Position numbers and translations under genes: made by a program. Shown in pieces: positions 1 to 12,518 of a DNA stretch of 64,000 nucleotides. The stretch's first letter is position 1. Each line of letters opens with the position of its first letter. The stretch covers positions 1 to 64,000 of the forward strand of contig JAQGDQ010000059.1 in the NCBI GenBank assembly GCA_030141605.1, in the 5' to 3' direction. The notes below the pieces were generated by a model that saw only the letters and a program-made list of their open reading frames with translations, was not told the origin of the DNA and ran no database searches. The DNA is from Tubiluchus corallicola (taxonomy: Eukaryota; Animalia; Priapulida).

Positions 1-394
1 TATAGCTACATAGCTTATATGCCGTAAGTTAAATTATTATAATTATAATACACCAACAAAATGAACTAATGTAATATATTCAAATTTCATATTATTGTAT
101 TTAAGAATCAGTTTTAATTTATTATTCGGCAAACAACATTCTTTACACTTCTATATCAACATAATAATAAGCATTGATTGTAAAATTGTCACACTGCCAA
201 ATTTGTCAAGCAAAACGCAAATAAGGTTAGGCTATACCCAAAATTTAATATGCATGCATACAGACATTTATTATAATAACGATATTTGAATAATATCCAG
301 AATATTAACTTACACGGAGACAGTACTTCGTAATTTATTAAATTATATTGCTAACCAAACACTTGCGCTTCTTTTCTATATACTACCTGGGCAA

Positions 395-700
395 ACGCGG
401 TATTGCTTTGATCTAATGATACTTGTACAGATTCAATTGAGAGATAATAGGCAGACGTTGCCCAGACAATTGACCAACAACGCACGCTCCTCTATGCAGA
501 GGACCGCCGCTCCTTATTTGTCTGTTGCGTAATTGTTGTAGCAACACGTCTACAGGTATAGACAGATAAAGACAAAGGCTGGATGACACCCACATGAGTT
601 GGACAGGTAACTCACCGAGTACTTTGGCGGCGTCTTTGATCTTAGTCAAATCATGTAAGTTGGCAGCGTTATGTAGATAAATCGAAACTCTTTGGTATCA
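395..700. promoter_or_regulatory. Candidate Wnt/TCF response element in Cdx intron 1
   Basis: CTTTGATCT at 406-414 and 634-642. Helper-type TGGCGGC (reverse complement GCCGCCA) at 625-631, 2 nt from the second site. ACAAAGG at 572-578. GC content is locally raised. Confidence 0.45.
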
Positions 701-894
701 AAAAGAGCCAACAAAAGAACAAGAAAAGAAAGATTTTGCTATTTGGATGAAACAAAAGTAATTAATTATAGATCACTGTGAGCTTTTTGTAAGGTAGTTC
801 TCTCTCATAAGATTCCTAGCATAGCTGCTGTTCAACATAAGAGACAATGAGAAGCAGGATATTGCACACTAGGTATGTAGGAAGCGACACATGT

Positions 895-1915
895 AAAATG
901 GTACAGGAACAATAGTGCGGTAAAAACGGCACATGAAAAAAGGCACTAATGGCAAAGTAGGAAAAATGGCACATGCAAAACTGAAATATGCATCTCCGTA
1001 TATACCAGCCTCCGTCAAAGCCGTACAATCCTAGCTATTTTAGTCTGATTTTTTCATAGGAAAAGCATAAAACAAAGATGAACATGCAAACGTATAAAAA
1101 TATACCTATATATATATAAATAATTAGTTATTGGACTAGTGAAATGACGAACAAAATATTTTAAACATAAAATAAAATTGTAATCAGCAGTGCACGAATA
1201 TGGTGCTTAGTGTTTGTCCACAACTCTTCGACCATTTTGACATTGGTAATATAGGCTGACAGTTTTCAAAGAGAGAATTTCTCGAATGGAATCTGAAACA
1301 TGAAACTAACTCGTACTCATTTATCCTGGCGGAGGTATTAATTATCTTTCTCTATCTTATAGCCAAGCTCCTTTTTTAGCTATAAAATTCCTGCAGAGAC
1401 GTCTATGAAAAACCGCACGAAGGCATTTTTGAACATGGTGTTCTATATATACCAACTTATGTGAAAAATGAGAAAAAGCGCCTCTCTAGGCAATTTTTCC
1501 CCTCCTTTGGCACCAAATTTGTTTTGCTTATCCCACTGTCAATGCCCAACATCTCTATAAAGTTTCCTGGAAATATGTTAAGTCACTTTTGCAGCGATGA
1601 AAACATAACCTCCTTGAAAGAGGTAATCGTTATCATTAGTCATTATTTATGATTCATTATTACTCACGAGTCACGAATAGTGCTTTTTGCGTAATACTGA
1701 TAACCAACAGGCGAACAAACAAAGTAACCAATAAATAAGCAACAAACAAACAACAAACGATATAGCTTCCTTAACAGAAGTAAAAATGATTAATATAATT
1801 ATCGTAAACACTAACCCTAACCCTAACTCATATTTTGTTAAATATGCCATCTTTCCTATTTTTCCATTTGTGCCCTTTTTCCGGTGCCATTTTTTACTGT
1901 GCCATGATACCGACC
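895..1915. mobile_element. Non-autonomous DNA transposon / MITE with long subterminal inverted repeats
   Basis: 919-974 (GGTAAAAACGGCACATGAAAAAAGGCACTAATGGCAAAGTAGGAAAAATGGCACAT) is an inverted, diverged copy of 1842-1898. Internal (CTAACC)n at 1811-1827. A related AAAATGGCA-type motif recurs at ~33395-33435. Confidence 0.55.
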
Positions 1916-2594
1916 ATTCTCAAATCCTGACATGCTATTAAAAAGATCTATACGTTCATAAGGCACAACAGTTTACCCCTGTAAACAGCCCATAAGAAGA
2001 AAGTCCAAAAATGGCTTCAAACTGTTTGAAAATTTGATGAAATTAAGAGAACTCTGCGTGAACAGCATGTACGTCTTCCCTAGTAAGACAGGCTCGTTAA
2101 AGACATGATAGACAGCAGCAACCTAAGTGTTATTTTTCAAGCCATAAACTTGATGGAGACATAAAAGTCATTAAAATTCATATCCAGTGCAAACTAGAGA
2201 CAAGGCCGAGACATGGGAGCAAACGGTGCACTCAAGCTGTTTTACAGACTCGAATCGACGTACAAGATTATATTTTACAATTCTACTTTGCTTAAGAAAA
2301 AAACAAACATCTGTGATCCATCACCAATCATTAGACAACTAAACATGTAGAGTGCCGACGAAATGATTCAAATAACGCTTTTGTTACTACAAACATATAA
2401 ATTTGCATAATAGAAATATGCTATTAATAATATTGATTTATGATTTTATAAGAATTACAGCTACTCCCAGCACAATATTTAGAATATACAGAGATCAATT
2501 ATCAAATTAGCAATTCATCACTCTTTATAATGTGTTTATCAAGCAAGAACGTTAAACGCAAAATACTGTTTCATATTATAGAAATGCCCTCTTC

Positions 2595-2596
2595 TC

Positions 2597-2648
<52 letters not shown>

Positions 2649-2666
2649 GCTCTCTCTCGCTCTCTC
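2595..2666. repeat. (CT)n microsatellite
   Basis: Direct reading of the sequence. Confidence 0.95.
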
Positions 2667-2939
2667 ATACACTTAGACAATTATAATTAATTTAATAAAA
2701 TATATGTATTTATACGGTGATGGACAGACAGTTATTACCCGAATTTCTAAAAAAAAACTAAACCACCAAATCGTCAAACAGCAGTTTCTTAAATTGCATA
2801 TTGTGTTTAGCAGGCACTGCTAAATCTCTCAGTTTACATAACATTATTTTACGGCTCAGGTTCGCCAGTGTTGTTAGCAGCTGATAGTTCAACGAGCAAG
2901 AAAACTTGGTTCAGGCTCTAATTCAATGCCCACGACTAA

Positions 2940-3130
2940 ATAGTCATAAAGCTTTATGGCGGCCATATACAGACGCCATGCATATGTTTTTATTTATTGA
3001 CGGTAATTTGACAGGATTAATGTCAGTATGAATAATGTGTGTCAAAGATGAACTGTCAATAACCTGCATTAAAACAATTACCAACAATTGCCAATTAAAT
3101 CTTTCACACTGAGCCAGAAATTAATGAACT
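2940..3130. promoter_or_regulatory. Candidate intronic enhancer with inverted Cdx-site dyad and TALE sites
   Basis: Perfect palindrome CATAAAGCTTTATG (2945-2958), two TGACAG/CTGTCA motifs, several TAAT cores and TCAAAG. Confidence 0.35.
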
Positions 3131-5812
3131 TGCAGGAAACTCTGTAAACTGCAGTTCCAATAAACGTTTGCACAGAAAGCAGACAAGTATGGAGCCCTCA
3201 ACATGATTTGGACTCACTCGAAAATTCCTAGGCAAAGTATATTTTTAATTATCTAAATTAATCGTCGTAATAATTTTAATTACCTTAACACTTTTCGGTG
3301 CAATGAGTGGTTTTAAAAATCATTAAAAAATTACTCAAATATGTAATCATGGAATCATGTTTTATAATGCTACATGATACAAGGTTAAAGGCCGCAACTA
3401 AAACATTGAACTGCAATGACTGTGACACACATTTACTGCCTCCGACTTTGAATAAAATCGCTCTAAATTAAAAAGTTACGCTGAAGAACTTGCGCTAAAC
3501 TAGCATTCTAGCAACAACCAACACAAAATGGCGACCTCGTCTGTTATTATATTTCCACTCCATTCATGTGTAGACACTAATATTGGCGCCATAAGGGCGG
3601 CTGATTGCTTTTTACGACCATGGGTGCTGAACAGCTCTCAGTGCTAATATTTTTTGCATGCAGAACCACAGATTATACGTTGTTTCAAACGTAATTAAAT
3701 GAGAAGCCAGGCTAAAGAACTGTGACGTCACCAGTGCAAACACATGCGCAGTAAAAACTAATACACCTTTAGGTGGTAACTCGTTTTTCATTTTAGGAAA
3801 TTTTAAAAGTCTAACCTTTAATTAACCGTAGGTAGGTTAGCAATCAACCAATAAATTAACCTTTTGTAAGTAGAGTGAAACGCTCTTACAAAGCCAAATT
3901 GCAATAATTTATCTTAGTTAAATAGAAGTAATACACAGGTTCATTAAGAAACAAAACTGTCATGCCCAAAAATGTCGAGCCTACATTTTATTAAGCTTGA
4001 AAGAATAATTGTAATTAACAGTATAAGAAACAGGATTATCTCGATTCTCGAATGGCTCCTTCAACAAATTTTATCGTACATTTTACCGAAAACGTATACT
4101 ACTAGCTGTATTCATAATAATACTTTTCCTTCTGTCCCAAACCTTAAAATTGTCATCTGAAGCATAAATTTTTTTATAGCAGTCAAAGTTGAACCAGTGA
4201 AAAAAATCCAAATCAGTTATGGAATGTATTTACATACGAAATTATCGAAATTAAGTTTCTAAAATAAATTTTGTTTGCACACCAATGTAATGCTAAACAT
4301 ATTAACCTGCGGCTGTGCGGGCAGTCTACATATAACGCAGTACACTTACAAGTTTATATGTGGTGTGTCTGATCTACGGTACATATAGGTTGGCTTACGT
4401 AGGTAGGTATGCCCTGCTAAAGCTGCTGTTCTTGTACACGAGCGATTCTCGGTACTCATACATATACAGTATTAGTGTAATAAAACAATTTGGAACAATT
4501 CACTTAGCTATAAAACTTATTTTGCGTGCACACACGTTCAAGGCTTTTAATTTCAAATAGCACTTTTTATCAAGCTCGTCACGAAAGATAATTAAACCAC
4601 ATTCAGTTGACTGAACATTCACACAGGTTAAAAAGAATAAAATAATAGTTAAAACTATATTTTAACCAACAATACTGACGAATAAATCAGATTAATAAAT
4701 CTAAAGTTTATGTTAAACACAAATGGTGCAATGGCTAATTTATTAAAGAAAGATAACGCTGAAAATTCTTGAGCCAGGGAGGATTTCAGTTCGAGATATT
4801 GTAGTTAACCTCGCCGTCTATCAAATGACCTACAGCTACAGACCCCAAGGCAAAGCACACCTGAATTCTTATTCTTGTAGTACGCAGGCAATCTGAGTAC
4901 ACCTATACCTATACAACAAAAGGGTGATATTATTTAACTAATTAGCTGACAACACCTTAACAACAGATAATAACTTAATGTGAGAAACAATAAACCTTAA
5001 ACCTGAACAACACTTAAACCTAACGACTAATTACTAATTAGCTAAAGAAGGAACTCTTAAATTGTGCACCGATCCGGACTTGAACCTAAGACTTTGAGTA
5101 GAACTGGCATGCCTGTACAGTTTTAAATTTTCTTACAAGTTTAATTAATTAATTATCAAAGTGTACTACGCATGTAAAATAGTATGCATGATATCATTTT
5201 GATATCATGTATATGGCACAATTGTGCTTTTTTGTAAAATGCGTTAAACTTGGTTTTATTATTATTTATTTTAAACATTTTTTAATTAACCGACTGTTTT
5301 TAACAAAAAGTTTTTTTTAAAGATATAACATGAATCCAGCTCTGTAACATAAATAGTGAGTTCTGGAAATCTTCCAAATGCCACATAAGTACTGGGGTGT
5401 ACACTATACAGCTTTATGGCTTGATCATGTTTTGAATTATTATTCCGTGACCAAATTTTAAGAAATAAACCCTTTGCTATAGTGTGGCGCGGGAAAATGG
5501 CGGTTTTTACGAGCAGTGGGAGGGAAACTCACATAATTATTATCGTTTGCGTGAGGTGGATCCGTCTCCTCTCTTTAGAAAAGGCGCCATGATTTTGAAA
5601 ATTATTAAACTTTTGAGACCAATAAAATTCCGAAATTTGTAACGCACGCTTAAAAATGCTGCGTAGTTTCGTTCAGTTCAGTGGGCAACGGGTAGATGTG
5701 TATTACCTAAAATTATATTAGCCTACTTTAAGATTATTTTAAATATTTTAAAAATGATGAATTAAGCCCTGTATTGGTAAAAGGTGCTAAATGGCAGAAT
5801 GATGTATATGCA

Positions 5813-5923
5813 GTATGTATGTATGTATGTATGTATGTATGTATGTATGTATGTATGTATGTATGTATGTATGTATGTATGTATGTATGTATGTATGTAT
5901 GTATGTATGTATGTATGTATGTA
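5813..5923. repeat. (TATG)n microsatellite
   Basis: Direct reading; explains the CMYV-repeat ORF 5774..5971. Confidence 0.97.
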
Positions 5924-8900
5924 TATATTCATTTATTTCCATTAGAGTATTGGGCTGAAACAAGTGTTTAGCTTAAGAAAATCATATTTATATGCTACTG
6001 AACATATCTTATTAGTCTTACCTAACATTCCTTTCTGTCTTACCTCATGAGCTCAAAACATGTCAGTAGGAAGTGAGGAAAAATTTAAAAAAATGTTTTA
6101 TATATGTTTTGTAAATATTGTGAAATCGTAGAATATTTAAAATCACTTTCCCACTGGCTAGCACTAACGTTTTAAATTTTTTCACTACTGATTTTTTTAG
6201 TTTTTTGTTTCGCATTACTATATTATCGTATATTATATTACCATCACATAGCCTCTTCTTTGCGCCGTATGAACGCATGTTCTGATGATTATGGTATAAG
6301 CGGCAACACTACTGTTAATACGCTGATTTGGCAGAAAATACGATACTTTTTAGCTTCCAATATGATAATCAACATCACAAAAAACGGCAACCCTAATCGA
6401 AAGTTAACCGTAGAAAAACATTGCTGTGTGATTGCCGAAAACAACGATGTTATAATAATTATTGCGTATTACGTTTTAAATGAAAAAATACACTTTTATA
6501 TGACTGTATCAGATAAGTACATGAATGTACAAAAAAAATTATAAAATTCCCGGCCGGGGTGTCAATAAAAAATATTACCCGGGTAGTCGATTAGACGGAA
6601 ATAGAAGTATTTTTATTGTCGGCCTTACACTTCTAAATAGCTATCCACATTGTTGTCAATACGGTTTTATATAAATGCAAGGGTTGCAGATGAAAAAGGT
6701 GTTTAAGATATTGAAGTAATTTATTTATGATAATATGCTACAAAAATCTGATCATTACACTAAAAAGTATTTCTGCTTACAAATCTGTTTTATATAGGTC
6801 AAAAGAAAATAGATACTAGCTTTGCAGATATAAAACGCAATTTACCAATAATATTAAAGATTTTAATTCGTAAACAGACCAGTAGGCACTTAGCTGTTTG
6901 GTGATTAAGTTCTCTGTTGCCGGCCCTTGCACGCTAGTGCAGCCCTACAAATGCTTTTTTTATGTTATTTGTGTCATTTTACTGTTTTGCACTCTTGTGC
7001 CTAAATAAAAAATATAAGTAATATAATGTAGATTATAGACTTGAATAATATATATTACGAAAATGAGTAGGCTTAATTGATTGTTTATTAAAATATAATA
7101 ACAGCACTTTATTAAAATTCATGTTCGTACCTTATATACAGCAATAACAAGAGCAAATCGTGTTCATTTATATTATAAGAATTAAGTTATCAATAAAATG
7201 CGCCGCTACTGTATATATGTTGGCCATAATATCATAAATTGTGATCATTATTGCTTTACTGCCACACGGCACAGCATGGCAGTCCAAGCCTTAAATCCAC
7301 GCGTAAATATTATATTCATTTTATGAAAGGTACATTTTAACTGTGTATATATGAATTTATTACATGTTAAAATAGCGATTAGCGGTCATTATTAGTTAAA
7401 CATTTTAGGGATGTTTAAGATTTACGGTCTTCACCATCTACGATCTATCAGCAATTAAATCAAGGCTTTATAATATTATTAGTGAGGATAATTTTCACGA
7501 ACGTATAAAATTTCTTAATTTTGTTAAGAATCAATTTTTGCAGCTTGCAACACCACGGGGTTATAAGACGTAAATTTCCAAATGCTTTAGCCAAACACTA
7601 CATTTAGGCCTTTAACATTGAGAAAATTCTAGTTTTTCATGCACTTTTATTGTATCTTAATTTCGTGTTGCTTTGTCAGCACAGCCAGGTCCTTAAAAAG
7701 CAGTAAATAACTGTCATATTCTGAAACACAGTTCAAGTGAAACAAGTAGTAAATATGATTAGTAAGAAAGTAGTGAAAAGTAGTGGCCAAAAGTACCTAA
7801 ACCATACAGAAACCCTCTCAAAGGGTTTCCACAAAACTAAATATCATTTGGGCATGTAATTATAATAGTTTGGTAAATTGGAGAAGGGTAAACAACACAT
7901 GAAGCCTTATGCCCATTCGGTAGCTACAATGTTTTAATTCACGGAGGTTACTGAAACACACCTGCGTGGAACTAGGCAGTAAAAACTTGCGGCTTGCAGC
8001 AGGATTATTGTTATTAAAGTAGCTTTGATGTACATTCTGTGTAGCAAATTAGCAACTTTATTTGAAATGCAAATATTACTATAATGAGGGCTTTCTCTAC
8101 GCAGTATATAATAATAATAGTAAAAATGTACATGTAGGATTGGCTATGCGCAGGCCTATGTATGTTTACTATATGCATTTTAATTATGTGTAAATATAAC
8201 TTGTGTGTGACTTTTTAGTAACTTTACTTCGATGTTCTTGTGTAAATTGAAACTGCATGAGAGGTGAAGGAATGTGCCAAATATTTATTCTTATTATCTT
8301 TTCGTGTTTTTTTCATTTAATTTTATTTTCTATTTATTTGTTTAGCATTAAGGATTCAGATTTATGAGTAATAAATAAGAACAAGCTATTAATCATTTAG
8401 TTATTTAATGTTCTTTTTTGCAAGTTTTACGCTAATCCTGAACTGAGGCAATTAACACGTTTCAGTTTATAATTAAACAATAGTACACTTCAGTTAGGCC
8501 TACTATACGCAAAGTAATATATAAATAATTTTTATATTTAATATATATTTTGTTTGTAGATGATAACCATGCACGCATTGTCATATCATAGTTATTTCTG
8601 ATATTTTGTGTCTCATTATGTACTGGGCTAAAGTACTTTACCTATATGCCTGTACGTAATATTGAATTAAACACGCGAGTATACGTCTGTCGTAAAGAGA
8701 GTTTGATGAATTTAAAATGTGAAAATTAGTTTATAGCTTAGGCTTTTGCTGTCGGAACAACATTCTGCAGACTGATCTAAATGCCGACCCTACATAACTC
8801 TACAAAACCGCCTACGCAGTACCATATAGGCGGTGGCTTTATGAAGCAAAAGTAAATATTTTCATGAAGATACCAATTAAACGAGACTGCAAATTATGAA

Positions 8901-8929
8901 GAAGAAAAATGAAAAACCGATTTAATTAC

Positions 8930-9371
8930 CTGGATTTGGTGATTTCTTGATCCAGTCATACGGCGGGCCACCTCTTAGTGGCCGATTTCCAGAATCCGTT
9001 ACCGTATGTGTGGGCATGGGGAGAGACCCTGTGGAGGAGGATCCACTGGCAGCCGGATTGGGCACAATAGCCCCATGTCCACGCACAAAGTCTGGAGGAT
9101 TCACCGGGGGCGATCTGGTATAAGCGCTTTGATGATGATGACCGGTAGCTCCAAATCCACCCGACTGCAACATCGTCCATGGATCGTCCGGATGTCCACG
9201 TCCCGGCCCAGTCGGGTACATCCAGGTGCCCTGTGGGAGCTGTTCGCCGTAGGAGTAGTCCGAACATTGCGGTGTAGGGTAGCTGATGTTTGGTGGGAGG
9301 TTGTGGGAAGAATAACCCCCTTGGCCGGTGTGACGTCCCGTGAACATTGTAGGTTCATAGATGAGAGTCAT
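8930..9371 (-). CDS. Cdx: Cdx/caudal ParaHox homeobox gene, coding exon 1 (partial; homeodomain exon is outside the window, beyond position 1)
   Basis: ORF MTLIYEPTMF...RPLRGGPPYDWIKKSPNPG ends in the Cdx-type hexapeptide context (PY[D/E]W[I/M]KK...PNPG). A phase-1 donor CCAG|gtaatt follows at 8930/8929, where Cdx genes splice to KTRTKDKY of the homeodomain. I found no homeobox in 1-8929, so intron 1 is >8.9 kb. Confidence 0.85.
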
Positions 9372-9599
9372 GATATAACATCACAGGCTTCTCTTTTTCT
9401 CTTTCACTTTTTTGTCAAAGTATTTTGTTAAATGTTTCTGATTGTCACCTCACTTCTCGCTTTTACGATGATCGTCGCGGGTTGTTATCTACTGAAACAC
9501 TGAAACTACAACACATGATGAAGCAGTATGTAGAAATCGTTCAACTTGTTGCTAATGGCAGGTGAGCTTTTACTCTCTTTTCGCAGACATGATGTTCAC

Positions 9600-9840
9600 C
9601 AACTTCATGGAATCATAAACTGCAACCGCCGCGGCAGTCAGAGTGGGTTATATTCCCATGCGCCAGAGACACTGCTTCAGAGAAACTCGATTTTACTGCT
9701 AAGTCATAAAACAATGTCAGCGGGCGTGGCATAGTTGCCGTTTTCTCTGATCTTGCCGATATTCGTACACACTGCGCATGCTGATTGGCTGTGGAATAAC
9801 GCGTCAGCAACGTCAAAAGCCTGCCGCCGCTCAGGTACAC
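9600..9840 (-). promoter_or_regulatory. Putative Cdx proximal promoter
   Basis: CpG-rich stretch 230-470 nt upstream of the ATG. Contains an NF-Y box AGCCAATCAG (minus, 9781-9790), NRF1-like TGCGCATGC (9773-9781), a Cdx-type site GTCATAAA (9703-9710) and GCCGCCG (9823-9829). Confidence 0.5.
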
Positions 9841-10415
9841 GCCTTGCACTGAAATGTGGCATTAGACAGTTTATTTTGGAAATTTTAATATTTTTATGAA
9901 GTGAATGGAAGAAAAATTTCTTATCTAAGTTCCGTAATGTTATATGCCGGATATCCATGTAACCATATGCATAAAATGATACGTGATTTTTTTACTTGTA
10001 CCTATGTAACATCAAAAAGAAATTTTCCTTATTATTAATACAATAATTAAAAAAATTAATCTTCTAAAGAATTATACTAGGTATAACGTAATTTAAACCA
10101 AACGCAGTAAAGCAATAATTGACCTTTGCTAATAAAATACAAATTTGATTTAAGAAACACCAGCTATCGCTACTGAAAGCGGAATTTATTTGTTTACTAG
10201 TTGCTCAAATAAACGTAGTTTACAGACACAAAAGCGAACAAATACGGAACAACAGTAGTCTATAAGGCAATAATTCGTATTTCAAAATTGGTAAATAGTG
10301 ATTATTCGGCTATTAAAACGTACAAACTATTTACAGCGCAATATAAATCAGGATTAAGAATAGAACTAACTCATATGCAGGCGTTATCTTGCTTGCAGAA
10401 AAAAAGATAAAACCT

Positions 10416-10418
<3 letters not shown>

Positions 10419-10458
<40 letters not shown>
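10419..10458. repeat. (TA)n microsatellite
   Basis: Direct reading. Confidence 0.95.
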
Positions 10459-10461
<3 letters not shown>

Positions 10462-12387
10462 TATTGATATAGGCAAAAAACTAGGCAATGGCTACAGCTT
10501 CACTCCAGAGCTTCAAAGCAAAATAGATTGGTAACTGTTAGAAAAATTGTTTGTCTTTTTAAGAAAGAGTTTCTAACGCAAAAGCACCCGGATACACACG
10601 GGGCAGACAGATACAGGACAAGGCCAACCTTTTTTCAATCAGAATTTAGTGTAAAGCCTCATTCAGTGGAAAAATCTATGACCAGTCCAGGTCATGACTT
10701 TTCTTTATTATAAAAGTTAGGATTTTCTCGCTACCGGAAGCCGTATCAAAATACAAGAGCAAGAACACGCTTAGTTAGTATCAAGCATTTTTCATTGAGA
10801 GTTGGTAATCTCAAAACAGCTTACGCGATGGAAAATGAATTCACACCTACATAAGCGGTCTAAGTAGAGTGAATCCGACAAAATTTCAAAAAAGAGCCAA
10901 AAAGAATGCTTAAGCTAAGACTTTGTAAAATTGTAGCATAAACAGAATTTCATTTATTTTGGATTGTTGGGTCCCGAAATTATTTCTGGAAAAATCTGGA
11001 TGGTTTCAATTGCCAAACAGTCCCTAGTTATTTACCTCTCTCAGGCAGTACATGTATGTATCCAAGTATGGCTAAAACGCTAATACTAGTTCCGTATTTT
11101 TTCTTAAAAGATTATACTTGATTAATTTATGAGAGATTGTGCTGCCACAACAGTGAATATTATCAACAATGCAATAAGTGTCATAATGTATTAAGGAGAG
11201 TAATCGTCTCTGTGCACTGCCAGTCGCCGAGTTTGCAATGTGACACAATTTCACACGCTGAGCGACATACTCAGGAGATTGGCTAAAGCTTCTTGAAAGG
11301 ATTGGAAAGGTTTTCCATCCGTTATTGTGCGATTTTTTTATTAATTTATTAGCAGAATTTGTAGCATTGCCGCCATGGCCTATAGGTACGTTCCAAGACT
11401 ATACTAGTTCAGAGTGCCCCAATTGCAAATTATTTAGTGATCTAAGAAATTTGCAAAACTAACACGCCACAAGCACTATTCAGCTAAAGCGGTCTTACGT
11501 ATCGTATCCTCAAGTGTTTATTTCGCAAAAATCGCATGAACGCCCCAACAAAAACTTGAAAAAATTAGGCAAAGTGTTAAGTCTTTGCTTCTTGGTGAAG
11601 TAGAAAAGCGAAAAACTTAATAATTCGCAGAACTGCTACTTGCAGTACATGATTCGCAAAACTGTTATTTATTTCATGCGTGTACCTACAATTGCATTTG
11701 GCAGAATGTAGGCCTAACTAACATTTTAATCTTCTGATTTATTTTACATAGATATATTAGCACAGTGGACCGTGTTTAAATAAAAGTAAAAAAGTAAATT
11801 AACAAGTAAGTTTTTTTTATTTTTATCAAAGTTGAAGAAACATGATGTAGAAACGAAATCACCAAGGATATATAAATGTGTCTGCTGGCATTTATTATGA
11901 CCATCACAAGTGATCACTTTTAATCCAAATTTTAAAAGAAAACAAAACACGTAAAACAAACGCACAAAACAAAAAATGTACATTTTTTTATTACTTTACA
12001 AAAAATCAAAGTCTTCACACAAATCACTTCACAAAAATGTTGACTTAATGTGTGTATCTTGTTTTTTGACGACTGGGGATAGTCGAAAAGTAATAAATGC
12101 CCATAAGCGTGTTTATCACATTGTTGGTGATTTTGATTTTATTAAAACTAAGAATCCCGCTTAGCAAGAGTTTGTTTTCAAGCATGATGCATGTGTAATT
12201 TCATTTCAAATTTAAGGCTATGAATCAGCAAAAATAAACAGTAGCAATTAATCGAAAACGTAATTACGGACGCAAGAAAAATAAGCGTTAAGAAGCTACC
12301 AATAATAAGTTAACAACTATGACATTTGTTACCAATTAACTTCATTTTTAGTCAGTAGTTTACTATGTACTTAAAATAATGACGATG

Positions 12388-12518
<131 letters not shown>

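Noticed and set aside
413-649. 78-aa ORF as Cdx exon 2
   Set aside because: No homeodomain residues and no suitable splice sites; better explained as a GC-richer regulatory block.
5774-5971. CMYV-repeat ORF
   Set aside because: Translation of the (TATG)n microsatellite.
8956-9431. Three ORFs overlapping Cdx exon 1
   Set aside because: Alternate-frame and antisense shadows of a GC-rich coding exon with no recognisable motifs.
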